A DNA stretch of 63,258 bases, the filler included, from Licmophora abbreviata (lineage: Eukaryota), in NCBI GenBank assembly GCA_900291995.1. It is 5 parts of 5 records of this genome, joined end to end, with 100 filler letters (N's around TTAATTAATTAA, not from the genome) between each part and the next. Parts side by side here need not be neighbours in the genome. Positions count along the whole stretch, not along the records: positions 24,648 to 29,699 come from OLMU01000425.1; positions 29,800 to 42,967 come from OLMU01000427.1; 3 more parts are not named here. One strand, 5' to 3'. Position numbers and translations under genes: made by a program. Positions within the stretch are counted from its first letter, which is position 1. Every line of letters begins with the position of its first letter. A model generated the notes under the pieces. The model had not been told where the DNA came from and searched no databases. It saw nothing but the letters and a program-made list of their open reading frames with translations. This document shows positions 24,648-35,136 of the stretch, piece by piece.

Positions 24648-27600
24648 GTGCCGCGTTGGCGATCTCGGCCAAGGATGCATCCGAGCCAAGTTTCTCGCGG
24701 ATGGGGTCGAGACGAGCAATGATTTGGCGACAGGCATCGAGCGTCGCCATCCCGTAAGTGTCTGTTGACATACTTGCGGCGGTGGGGATCGTGTTGGCGA
24801 CCTTATCGGTGCTGGTGTCGTTGACGTACACGTCATCCACGGAGATTCCAAAGGCTTGCGCTGCAACCTGGCAAACCTTGGTATGAAGACCTTGACCCAT
24901 TTCCGTTCCGCCATGGGTCACAAGAATGGTCCCATCCGTGTAGAGATGAACCAGCGCGCCGCCTTGGTTCATATACTTCGCGGTGAAGGCAATGCCAAAC
25001 TTTGTCGGAACGACAGCCAGCCCGCGCTTCAGGTACCTGTTTTTCGAGTTAAATTCCTCAATTTCCGCTCGACGGTTGACTACGTCGGCATCAGTCAATA
25101 TACGGTCCCACATGGACGGAATATTCCAGCTCCCACTTGTCTCCTTGCCAATAATCATACCGAAGGGCGCACGGTCACCGTCCTTGTACATGTTGATTCG
25201 TCGAATTGTGTCGTACGATACCTTGCATTCAGTCGCCAAATGCTCAATCACGTGCTCCGCGACTGCAATTCCTTGCGGACCACCGAATCCACGGTAGGCG
25301 GTATGAATAGGCTGCGCCGTCTTGCAAGGAGTACCAACGGCACGAAAGTTAGGCCAATTGTAGACACCATCAACGTGGAACAATGCGCGATCATTGACTG
25401 GACCCGTTAGGTCGAAAGCCATCCCGCCATTGCTATAGAAGAGCGAGCAAAAATCGACAAGGTCAGAATAGGCAGAACGATGAAACTCGAGCGCATGCAC
25501 ACACGCACGAGACTTGTGTTCGTACCAGTAGAGTTTGATATCACATGCGTCCAGCTTCGGGCCCTCCTCCGTCATTACAGCGCTTGCAGAGTAGTAAGCG
25601 AGGAATGCATGTCTGGTACCGGTAGTCATCATGTCTACTTCTCTCGAAAGCGTAAGTCTCACCGGCCTGCAGGTCTTCTTAGCCGCAACGGCAGCGGCAC
25701 AGGATACAAACACACTGCGAGTCTCCTTGCCCCCAAATCCACCTCCCATACGCTTCATCCGTACAACGACCTTTGACGCTGGAGTACCTGTGGTAGAAGC
25801 ACAAAACTTCTGAGTCTTCGTAGGAGCCTGAGTCGAACAATAGACCGTGAGGTTTGTGTCCGACTCGGAGGGCACAACCAAGGATGAATTCGTCTCGAGA
25901 TAGAAGTGCTCTTGTCCGGGGCACCTAAATGAGCCAGTGACAGTGACAGTATCACCAACTCTAGGAGACTCGGGGTTTCCAGTTGCTTCGGGCAACTTGT
26001 CGATGACTCCGAGGTCGCCACGCTCAATAGTGTGGATTGAAAAGTCATAGAAGCTCTTCGCCGCAATGGCATCTTCAATGCTAACGGGGAGCTTCTCCTT
26101 GACTTCCCCGTACTGAATCTTGACCGCACGTGCGCCGGATTCTGCGCTCTCGAGTGATTCTGCGACGACAATGCCAAGCACTTGACCAACGCCAAGGACT
26201 TTCTCGCCGATTGGCAAGAACACAGTTTCGTCGTGGATGATAGGGCCCATTTCGTTCTTGCCCCCAAGTTCCGTGATGTCTTGGTCTGTGAAAACTCCGA
26301 CAACCCCAGGAATTTGGAACGCAGGATGTGTGTCAATACCTTCAAGCATGGAGCCACACTCAGTCGCAAGCACGAGCGCAGCCTGGAGCGTTGAAGGCGG
26401 AAGAGGGATATCGTCTGTGTAGAGAGCTTCGCCTGTGCAATGAAGTGCCCCTGACTGGTGTGGGGAAGGCTTTCCAACTTCAATGTGGCTATCCTTCTTC
26501 GCCATATCCTTCACCGTCGGAAGAAGCTTTCCCTCAAGACCAGTAGCAACCTTCGGTTCGGGATACTTCTGAACTCCTGTGACGGAAGGCTTCTTGGCGT
26601 CAACGAAACTCTTGACGCCGGTGAGCTCAATCTGCTCAATGGCGGGAACCGCGGGCCACGAAGCTCCTTCGGGAGACTGCTCGATGTCTTGGCGAAGATC
26701 ATCGACGACGGACATGAAATATCTATGAAGGAATGAGGCGCAGAGAGTCATTCGAAAGGCCGCCTGCCCTCCAGGGACTCCGTCCGGGAGTGCAAGCTCT
26801 TTCACAACTTGCTCCTTAGCCTTCTCAAACGTCTCAGCGTTGAACTCACTTCCAATGACTGCATTCGCTGTTTCCGTCGCAAGAACTGTCTTCGGGGCCA
26901 TCCCACCAAACGCAAATGAGGCGTCTTCGACCACCCATTTGCCGTCTGCTACTCCAAGGCGCATGCGCATACCAGATGTCACGATACTGATATCGTCCTC
27001 ACGACGACGGGCTTGCTTGAAGGGCTTGAGGTACTCAAGGGGTTTCAAGACAGGCACTTCGATACATTCCACGATTTCGGTCGATTGGAGATCGACCGTG
27101 CGGTACTTAATGAAGAAGTCAGACACGGCGACTTCGCGGCGCACAATCGATTTCATGTCATCACCGACCGACGCCAAAACCAGCTTTGCCCCCATGGATG
27201 CAAGCATTGGATTCATGTCGGAAATGGGACTGGCCGTCACCAAGTTTCCTCCCAAGCATGCCACATTTCGAATCTGAGAAGAAGCGAACCAACGCAGCAT
27301 GTCGTGCACAGGCTGTACGGTACGGCGGTAGATGTCGTCAGCCGCCAACGCTCCACACTCGTGCTGAATGGTACTGAGCGGGGTGCACGAGCCAATCGTT
27401 AGGTGTGAAGGACTCGGCGTGAAAGAGAACAAACTCGCGATGCTCTCTGACGGGAAAATCAAGCGCGGATACACAGCGTGCTTGAACCGAGTTTCTGTAG
27501 AGATGTCATTCGATAGATAAGAATAAGAACACGATCAGAAAAGCTCCACAACGCTTTATTCGGAGTCGTACAGGTAAATTTGACTCACCGATTCCAACTT

Positions 27601-28573
27601 CCGTGTTTCCGACGACAATCTTGCAGCCTCCCGCTCCGACCCCGCCAAACTCTTTCAACAAAGTGAGAAGGTCAATGAGACTAGTCGGCTTCACCCATGT
27701 ACCACCAGAGTGAAACTCAGTCTGATCAACCACCATCAACGGCTTGGCAAGTTCGACGCCTTCGACAGAGTCTACAACGAGTAGCTCCTTCGGAAACATG
27801 GCATTCGGCTGCTCCAGCCACTCGTTGTTCTTCAAAAACGTGTCCTTGTATTCCGTTGACTTGTGTAAGGAGGTCGAACAGCAAACGCCAGCTTCCACTG
27901 GCGCATCAAGCTTCTTCTCGTCTTCCTTGTCGGTCATGTTACAATCCATCTCGCACTCTTCACGCTCCGGGCACTCGCGACAAGGAGTTCCACAGGGTCC
28001 TCGCACCAGACTTTCCTCGGAATCTTCGAGAACGGACCTGGCAGCATCCCAAATCGGTCGATATCCAGTACAACGACAAAGATTTCCATCCAAGTGCTCT
28101 TCAAGGTACGGAGTGGAAGGATTGTTGGCCAAGATAGAATAGATCGACACAATGATACCAGGAGTACAGAAACCGCACTGGGAGCCGTGCATCTCCACCA
28201 TGGCCTTTTGGATAGGGTGCAAGTTATCGCCCTTGACCGTACCGACACCCTCCACAGTCGTTACATGTCAACCGTCAGCTGCCAACACTGGCATCAAGCA
28301 GGCGTTCACAGCTGCGTGTTTAATCGAGTCGCTGGACATGTCCATCTTGGATATCATCACGGTACAAGCACCGCATCCACCCTCCGCACATCCCAATTTG
28401 GAACCAGTCAAGCCCATGACTTCTCGCAGGAAAGACAAGAGAGTTTGATTGGAACGCGCTTGAGCCGCAAGCTTCTCTGAAACTCGACCGCCATTCACAA
28501 ACAAGATCGGAGTCGTGCGGTATCCTGGGGACGCGAACATTTCGTGAGAAAGATCTCTTGCCGACATCAACAT
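24648..28573 (-). CDS. XDH: Xanthine dehydrogenase, 3'-truncated by the gap; introns 27588-27495 and 25525-25433; in-frame TGA at 28270-28268
   Basis: 2Fe-2S motifs GSKLGCAEGGCGACTV..NACL and QCGFCTPG..GNLCRCTGY. FAD domain (VVGNTEVGIE, FASSQIRNVACLGGN, KQARRREDDISIV). Moco domain (GQEHFYLE, RMGGGFGGKE, AYRGFGGPQG, HGGTEMGQGL, TAAS). Confidence 0.95.
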
Positions 28574-29151
28574 CCCTCAAAGCGTTCTTTTCGTCTCACC
28601 TTTCTTCTCAAACTCTGGAACACGTTCTGCGTCCTCATTTTCATACACAAGACGAGTTTTCGTCGTGTTGGGAGCCATGCTTGCACTTCGTTTCTGCACC
28701 ACACGCTGCAACCTTTTGCATTTGTGTCCAACGAAGGGTTGTCACAAACAGGTGCCGCAAAGCTTGAAAAAGAAAAAAAAGTGCTTTGCTCGCGACGGAA
28801 CTTTGCTTTTTTCCGATCACATCATGAAAAAGATACGGAATCAGGAGTCACAAATACGTATGTTCTAAACATTGTGTTATTTGTCACGGGTTGCACTTTC
28901 TGATGGCGAGTTGAAGATTCCTTGGCGAGGATTTCTGATGTCGTCATGCTACGTACACGATGTACCAACTTCTACGAGGACCGACATGCGCTGGGAGCCA
29001 GTCAACAGTCAAAGTGACACACTTCGAAATTTGAGAGAGAATGCCTTCCAAAGAGTGAAATGCAAACACACACGCACACACACGGCACACGCACTCCCGA
29101 CTTTGGGTCCATTTCATTTACTCAACTAGCTCGAAGACATACAACACCACC

Positions 29152-29920
29152 ATGGCGTTCGACCATCACATTGAAGCAGACAAGGTGGACAATCTCGGAT
29201 TCTTTGCCACATTTCTTAGAGCCCCTGTTGTTGGAAGTCTCATGTGGGTGCTCGGCGGTGACGCAGCTCGTGAGAAGGAAGAACTCTGTCAGAAGACACT
29301 GTCGACAACTCCCGTGTCGCGTGACGGAAAACAGCCGCAATCGATATTGATCAAACGTCCCTTCCACGAGTCTGAAAAGTTCCGACGGACTGGCCCATCT
29401 GGATCGAAGCGAATGCCACCGCGTCTGATCGGGTCAGACATATCCGAGATACAAGCGGAAGCTATGGTGTCTGAAAGCCAAAACTCATCTCTCGCAAATA
29501 GTGAGCGAGCTGTCGATCTTAGAAGATGTACACGTAGCTCCAGAAGTCTCAGTTGGTCTGACGAAAGTGGGCATGACTTGGTTGAGTTCATTGGAGAGGT
29601 GAGTAACATGCGAAACGATTCTACTTTTCGACCTTTGTTGGCGCACCTGTTTGCGATGGTCATGGCTCCGTTTTCAAGCTGGATTTCGATGATTGTGCAN
29701 NNNNNNNNNNNNNNNNNNNNNNNNNNNNNNNNNNNNNNNNNNNTTAATTAATTAANNNNNNNNNNNNNNNNNNNNNNNNNNNNNNNNNNNNNNNNNNNNC
29801 AAGTCGGAGGCCTCCCAGGCTCTCCCTCCGCCCGTGTCTCATCACACTGCATTTGCTAAGAGCTTCAAGAAGGCGGCAGGCGATACGACGAACATGGGGT
29901 GGCCAGGGGTACCCCTTTAA
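29152..29920 (+). CDS. Unknown protein interrupted by an intron and the gap; probable last exon ends MGWPGVPL* at 29920
   Basis: First exon ends RSLSWSDESGHDLVEFIGE|gtgagt. After the gap an open frame reads SEASQALPPPVSHHTAFAKSFKKAAGDTTNMGWPGVPL*. Joining the two parts is an inference. Confidence 0.5.
29700..29799. other. Scaffold gap with linker
   Basis: N-run/ttaattaattaa/N-run. Confidence 0.97.
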
Positions 29921-30190
29921 GCTACGGTACGGGCATGCTTGTAGCATGCTACGTCTTCTCTACCAAGCCATGTGTATCTCGCGACTTGGCGCCAAACCCA
30001 TCGATCACGTACCTTGTGGTACTGTGTCGGATATTGAAGCTATTGTACACGTTCTCTGTCGAATGGCTCATGTGCAGCGACATTTTAGAAACGACCGCTG
30101 CTTTATTTGAGAATCGTTATGAAACAAGCTATAACCTAGTAGTATTAGTAGTGTGACGTTATCACGTGATACAGGATCTGGACGGGGCGC

Positions 30191-32645
30191 TTAGAGGTCC
30201 GGTTCTTCATTTTCATGATCTGTCACCTCTTCTTCCTTGTCATCGTCTAGATTCTCAATATCGTCTTCTCCTTCGCCGCCTTCCTTCTCGGCCTCCGCCT
30301 TTTCGATTTCTTCGTACTCTTGAATCGTTAGCACGGGCTCTCCATACTTGTTTTCCAGACGACGCCACAACTTCGCCTTCTTGCCTTTGTATTTCCACAC
30401 GAGATAGCGAGCATTGTGCGGATCTCCGTCATTGAATGAACCGGGGACAACGTGCTTGTAATAGTGGAGTAGTCGACGAGTGTCGTGTTCAAAGATTCTC
30501 TCCTCCACATAGGACTTGACAAGGAACCCACCACAGAATGCAATTGCTAGGAGTATGCCAATGTAGTACCGAAGCTTGGAGTTGCGAGCCGATACGGTCG
30601 CTTGTACAACCGACTCGCTGTAGTGCAATGACGACAAAGAAAGGCGTGAGAGACTGTAATGAAAGTGGAAGAGGGAAGTGTGCCCTTCCCGTACTCGCAC
30701 GCACCGTTCTCCAGAAAGACAAGAAGTTATGACGCCAGTTGGGCCCAGGCCTAGTTCCAGAGTGATTCGCTCGCAAGCGACCTTCACGCCGTCTTCGTCG
30801 CCCTCTATCTTAACCAGGGGAGACATTACATCACCAACTTTAATCCATCCTTGCCCGCGCTCAAGTTTCTGTACAACCTGTACTCGAAGATTGAGAGCCG
30901 CTTCCTCGCGCTGAGGAATGGCTTTCGAGCCCTCCTGTTCTTTCGTTGCCTTGAGAAGCTCTTCTTCCGATAGCGACATGCTTGAGGCACGTATGGCTGC
31001 ACACTCGGCGGCATTTAAGTCGATCTGATATGGCCCGGCTGGTACGCGGCGATCAAAATCGAATATCGTCTTGACCCGCCCCCCACTTGTTGGAAGAGCC
31101 CCCGTGGTAATTCACTCGAATACCCACAGCAGTAGGAGCCACATCTTGTATGCGAATCGCCAGCTGTGCCTTCTTTTTGTTGTCCTCAGCCATCGTGCGA
31201 ACACGCCCGTGACTTACACCGCCGAGCACCGCCAGTCCCATGGATACACAATCCGACCTTGTCGCCATGATCGGAACCGAGTCCCAGTCTTCAATCTTCT
31301 TTCTGGTAGATTCCAACGCAGCCACTACGACCTTCTGTGTCTTCGCATTACCGTATGTGACGAATCCGACAGGACCATCTGCTTCCGGTGCAATGGCTTT
31401 GAGGTTTGAGTGCACATCTCGTACCGAATGTTCAATTTGGGACACCGGATCGCCATGACGACCCGACACATTGGTCAACACCTTGTAGCTTCCAAAGACG
31501 CAGCATAGGATATTCCCCTGTAGTTTGGAAACCTGCACGGCAGTACACTCTATACCATTATCCGAAACGCCAACCAGAAGAACAAGGGAAGCGTACTCAA
31601 AATCACCCGCTTCATCATGATCCTCTTTTTCGTATTCTTTGTATTTGGCAGTCCGCACGTGATTCAGTCGTTCAATGATTTCGTTCCCATCGTCGCGGGG
31701 AAGAAGTGCCCCGGCGAGTGCTGCTATACTACGTTGAAAAACTACGCCCGTCCCACCCGTAGCATCCAGGAGAGCCTCCATGGCTGCATCATGACATGCC
31801 CAAGCAGGCACAGCGACGGCGACTGGATACTCTTGGGCTTCTTCAGCGTTTTCTTCGTCCACCTTGGGGACCTTGCGAGCCACATGGGACTGAGCAACAG
31901 CCAGAACCAAAGAGACTGCCTCTTCGGGAAGTATCGTCAGAGCTTTCTTGGACTCGTGCAGGCGCACCTTGAATACAACGCGATCAAAGTCATCACCGGT
32001 CGGTGTTGAAACGCCATCCAATGTGCCGTTAGCAACTGTGACTCCGACGCTGGAGCTGGCTTCTTCGGAAATCACGTGCGTTGGCTCCTCACTCTCAATG
32101 GACGAGAACGATTCCTTGACAAGATCAGGAACATCCGCTAGTCTGCGCGCACCCAATAGTTCATGAGGTCGGTCAATCAATATTCCATTGGGCGCCAGCG
32201 AATCCGTACACAGCGAGTCGTAGCCCTTGCTTTTGGTCAACCATTTTCGCAGCGTCTTGTGGGCCAATTCCGACTGCTTCAATGAAATCTGAGATTTGAG
32301 CTTTCCGACTAGCGTCGGCATGAGCGTGTTGGACGGTTCCTTTGGTTTGGCCGGGAACATGGCCACGTGAGGACCACTTCCATAAAGATCGACAGCCACG
32401 ATCGGATACCGAGATAGATTCCGAACCTGCTTGAGAGACAACGACTGATTCTTATCCAATAAATCGGCCCCGAGCGCTCCAAGAGACGGTGGCGCTCCTG
32501 GTGTTGCTCCAAGAGGAACGTTGCCCTGTGGAGGTGGCTGCGGAGCAGCAGGTCGAGCCATGGCATGAACATTGTTTGCCATGGACAGCCCGGAGCCCCC
32601 AGAGGCTCCTCCTAATCCACCGATACCTGCAGTAGCTAAAGACAT
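30191..32645 (-). CDS. Divergent Hsp70-like protein with a C-terminal TM; one +1 frameshift near 31075-31084 and an intron at 30704-30618
   Basis: Hsp70-like remnants IVAVDLYGS, PEEAVSLVL, AVAVPAW, IQDVAPTAVGI. The frame continues VKTIFDFDRRVPAGP...SMSLSEEEL into ORF 30191-30979. TM YYIGILLAIAFCGGFLV. Confidence 0.65.
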
Positions 32646-32993
32646 GACTTAGGATCAATGCTGTTCACGGTTTAACGCTTAATCGTCTCCCCCCTTGTGT
32701 TATGCAGCACGGTCAGCAAGTTATGTTCGATGTCGTCGCCGCGCGCTATGTGTGGTTAGATTTTGTTGAACGCGTGGAAGGTGTAGAAGGCATGTTAGAA
32801 GGCGGTGTGACAGAGAGACGGACTGACACACGAATCGACCCACGACTCACACAAAGCGGTGTGCCGCGGTGTTGTTGTTCGCGGCAACGAGAACAAAGAA
32901 GACCAGCAAGCAGCATATCTTGCTGCGCATCGGTGTGTACCGGTATTCTTGAGAAGCTGCGAACACTCCTGCTTCGTATAGACGTCGTTAACC

Positions 32994-33785
32994 ATGGGCA
33001 AGGTACTGGAACAGATTTCAGAGAAGGAGTCAGCTATAATCGCAAGGTCGAAGGTTTTCTTTGTGGGAACCGCGCCCCTGTCGGCAGATCATCATGTCAG
33101 CGTCAGCCCAAAGGCCCCTGGGAACTCTTGTGTCGTGCTATCACCTCACCAAGTAGCATATGCAGATTTGACTGGAAGTGGGGCTGAAACAGCAGCGCAC
33201 GTCTTGCAAAATGGACGCATGACTCTTCTCTTTTGCAATTTGGAACGAGGCCCACCCCAGATTCTTCGGTTGCATGGCAAGGCGGAGCTCATCGTTGCCG
33301 CAGACGTCTCTAAGTCTCTCAAAGCGAGATTTCCCAAGCACGTCACGGAAAGTTGTGGGTTTCGAGCGGTCTACCGACTCGAGGTCGAGCGAGTCAGTAC
33401 CTCTTGTGGCTACAGTATGCCTCAGATGGATTTTGTAACGTATCGGCAAACTCTGGAAGAATTAACAGTCAAGCAGGGCAAGAATGGCATGTACGACTAC
33501 TGCACAAAACACAATAGCTTCTCGCTCGACGGTCTTCCCAGTTTGGGGCTCTTGCGTCCCGACGGACCCAAACATGTGCAGCCAGTAGCTCAAGACGGCT
33601 GGGTTCGTGGGCAGGTGATGGCCGACAGCAGCAGCAGCAGCAATTTCAAATTGAAAGCCTACCGGTACAATCTCCGCAAAAGAAGATTTTTTGGAAGTGA
33701 CCGGCCGTTGCCTCTATTCGTACTTGTAGCTTTGTGTGCTTTTATCGCTGGCATTGTAGTGGAGAAGACTCTGGGCCTCTTGTGA
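32994..33785 (+). CDS. Pyridoxamine 5'-phosphate oxidase-like FMN-binding protein with a C-terminal TM
   Basis: VFFVGTAPLS..HVSVSPK, VAYADLTGSGAETAAH..QNGRMTLLF, PPQILRLHG, TSCGYSMP, NSFSLDGLP. Confidence 0.85.
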   Translation: MGKVLEQISEKESAIIARSKVFFVGTAPLSADHHVSVSPKAPGNSCVVLSPHQVAYADLTGSGAETAAHVLQNGRMTLLFCNLERGPPQILRLHGKAELIVAADVSKSLKARFPKHVTESCGFRAVYRLEVERVSTSCGYSMPQMDFVTYRQTLEELTVKQGKNGMYDYCTKHNSFSLDGLPSLGLLRPDGPKHVQPVAQDGWVRGQVMADSSSSSNFKLKAYRYNLRKRRFFGSDRPLPLFVLVALCAFIAGIVVEKTLGLL

Positions 33786-34079
33786 ATAGAAGTATCCCAA
33801 TGGACAGAGGAGCGTTATCGTTGGGACGACGATGTGAAGCTAAACTCAATGCACTACCCAATCAGTTTTCAATGCACATGCTTATCTTATCATTGTATAT
33901 AAATAACGAAAAGGAGGAACTATGTCTCTGGATTCGACCCACGGTGACATATACACAACGAGACTCTAGGAGGTTGTCCGCGTATCACCGGCCGGTCGCC
34001 GCGTCACAACGTGACGAGTCTTTCTTCTGATGAAGTGACTTACTAAAATGTAGCTCATCTCGACATCTTCCAAAGCGTC

Positions 34080-34508
34080 CTACACTGTTGTCGGCGGGCT
34101 TTCCTCGTCGATAGCCTTGTCCCACCAACGATAGTTTACAGATCGAATCCTCTGCGTGATTTCTGGTGGGACTTGAGGAGCTGCAACAAAGTCGGGAGAC
34201 TGTTCCTTGCGACAAACATCACAGGATGCAGACGCGCACATATGAACGTCAATGCAAGAGTCCATCAAATCAAGTTCTGAGGTGTGGGAAGCCTCATCGG
34301 AAGCATCGGCGCTCGTGTCAGAGTCGACCTTGGTGACTTGTACGTTCCGCGCTTCGCCTTTCGGTCTGCGTTTCAGGCGGAGAGCGCCATACACCAGAGC
34401 AGCAAGTAGAGCCAAGATTCCTGCGGAGAGACCGACTCCAAGTCCCACTCCGGCGGAGCCGGCAAGGTGTCTCTGGACTACTGTGTTGATTGCTATGGTG
34501 TCCGGCAT
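34080..34508 (-). CDS. Small single-pass membrane protein with a DVH.C.S..C..C motif
   Basis: MPDTIAIN..., TM (GVGLSAGILALLAALVYGAL), basic stop-transfer RLKRRPK, then IDVHMCASASCDVC. Confidence 0.55.
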   Translation of the reverse strand: MPDTIAINTVVQRHLAGSAGVGLGVGLSAGILALLAALVYGALRLKRRPKGEARNVQVTKVDSDTSADASDEASHTSELDLMDSCIDVHMCASASCDVCRKEQSPDFVAAPQVPPEITQRIRSVNYRWWDKAIDEESPPTTV

Positions 34509-35136
34509 GATGACCACTGGTTGGACTCGGCTTTGTTTGAGAATTCAGCGAGGGAGCGCTTGCAACTGTCTGTTGCGTGAACTTGCTTTGATATGCTCTT
34601 GGCACAGGCTTTGGTGTAAATGACGAGCACTCAATGAAACATTGCACTGCTTGTAGTTTAGTTGATGTGCTTCAGTTTTGCGTTTCATGTGCGCCGAACC
34701 GGGAATCGGCGATAGGCGTTCCAAAATTTTAAGATCTAAAATTAATCATGTATTTATTCCCTTTCCAGTATGCTGTATCTGTTCTCGAATGTAGGATCCC
34801 ACCACAAAAAGTGATAGTCGATCGGAGTGAGACGCTCACACCCTGCTTCGCGCCAAAATGACTCGAATGAGTCCTCCACCTGCGGCGGCTCCCGTCATCA
34901 ACATCCATCTCGAAATCAAACAACAGCGAGAGTTGGGCGTTTCGATGCACTGAGTTTCACAAAAGGAGAACCGGCAAGTGAGTCCCTTGCGGAATCAGGA
35001 CTGGCTTGCTTCGCAGGGTTAAGAAATTGGAAGGATGGACAATGAAGCCTGAGCAAAAGCATGCCATGGCACTCGATAAGTTATAACTCAACATCAGTTG
35101 GGACGCACAGGTTGATTGACGATCCATCAGTGAAGC

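Noticed and set aside
34509..34688. Upstream in-frame ATG and a TGA ahead of the small membrane protein, as a second recoding candidate
   Set aside because: The upstream peptide has no recognisable features, and a good ATG exists downstream at 34508.
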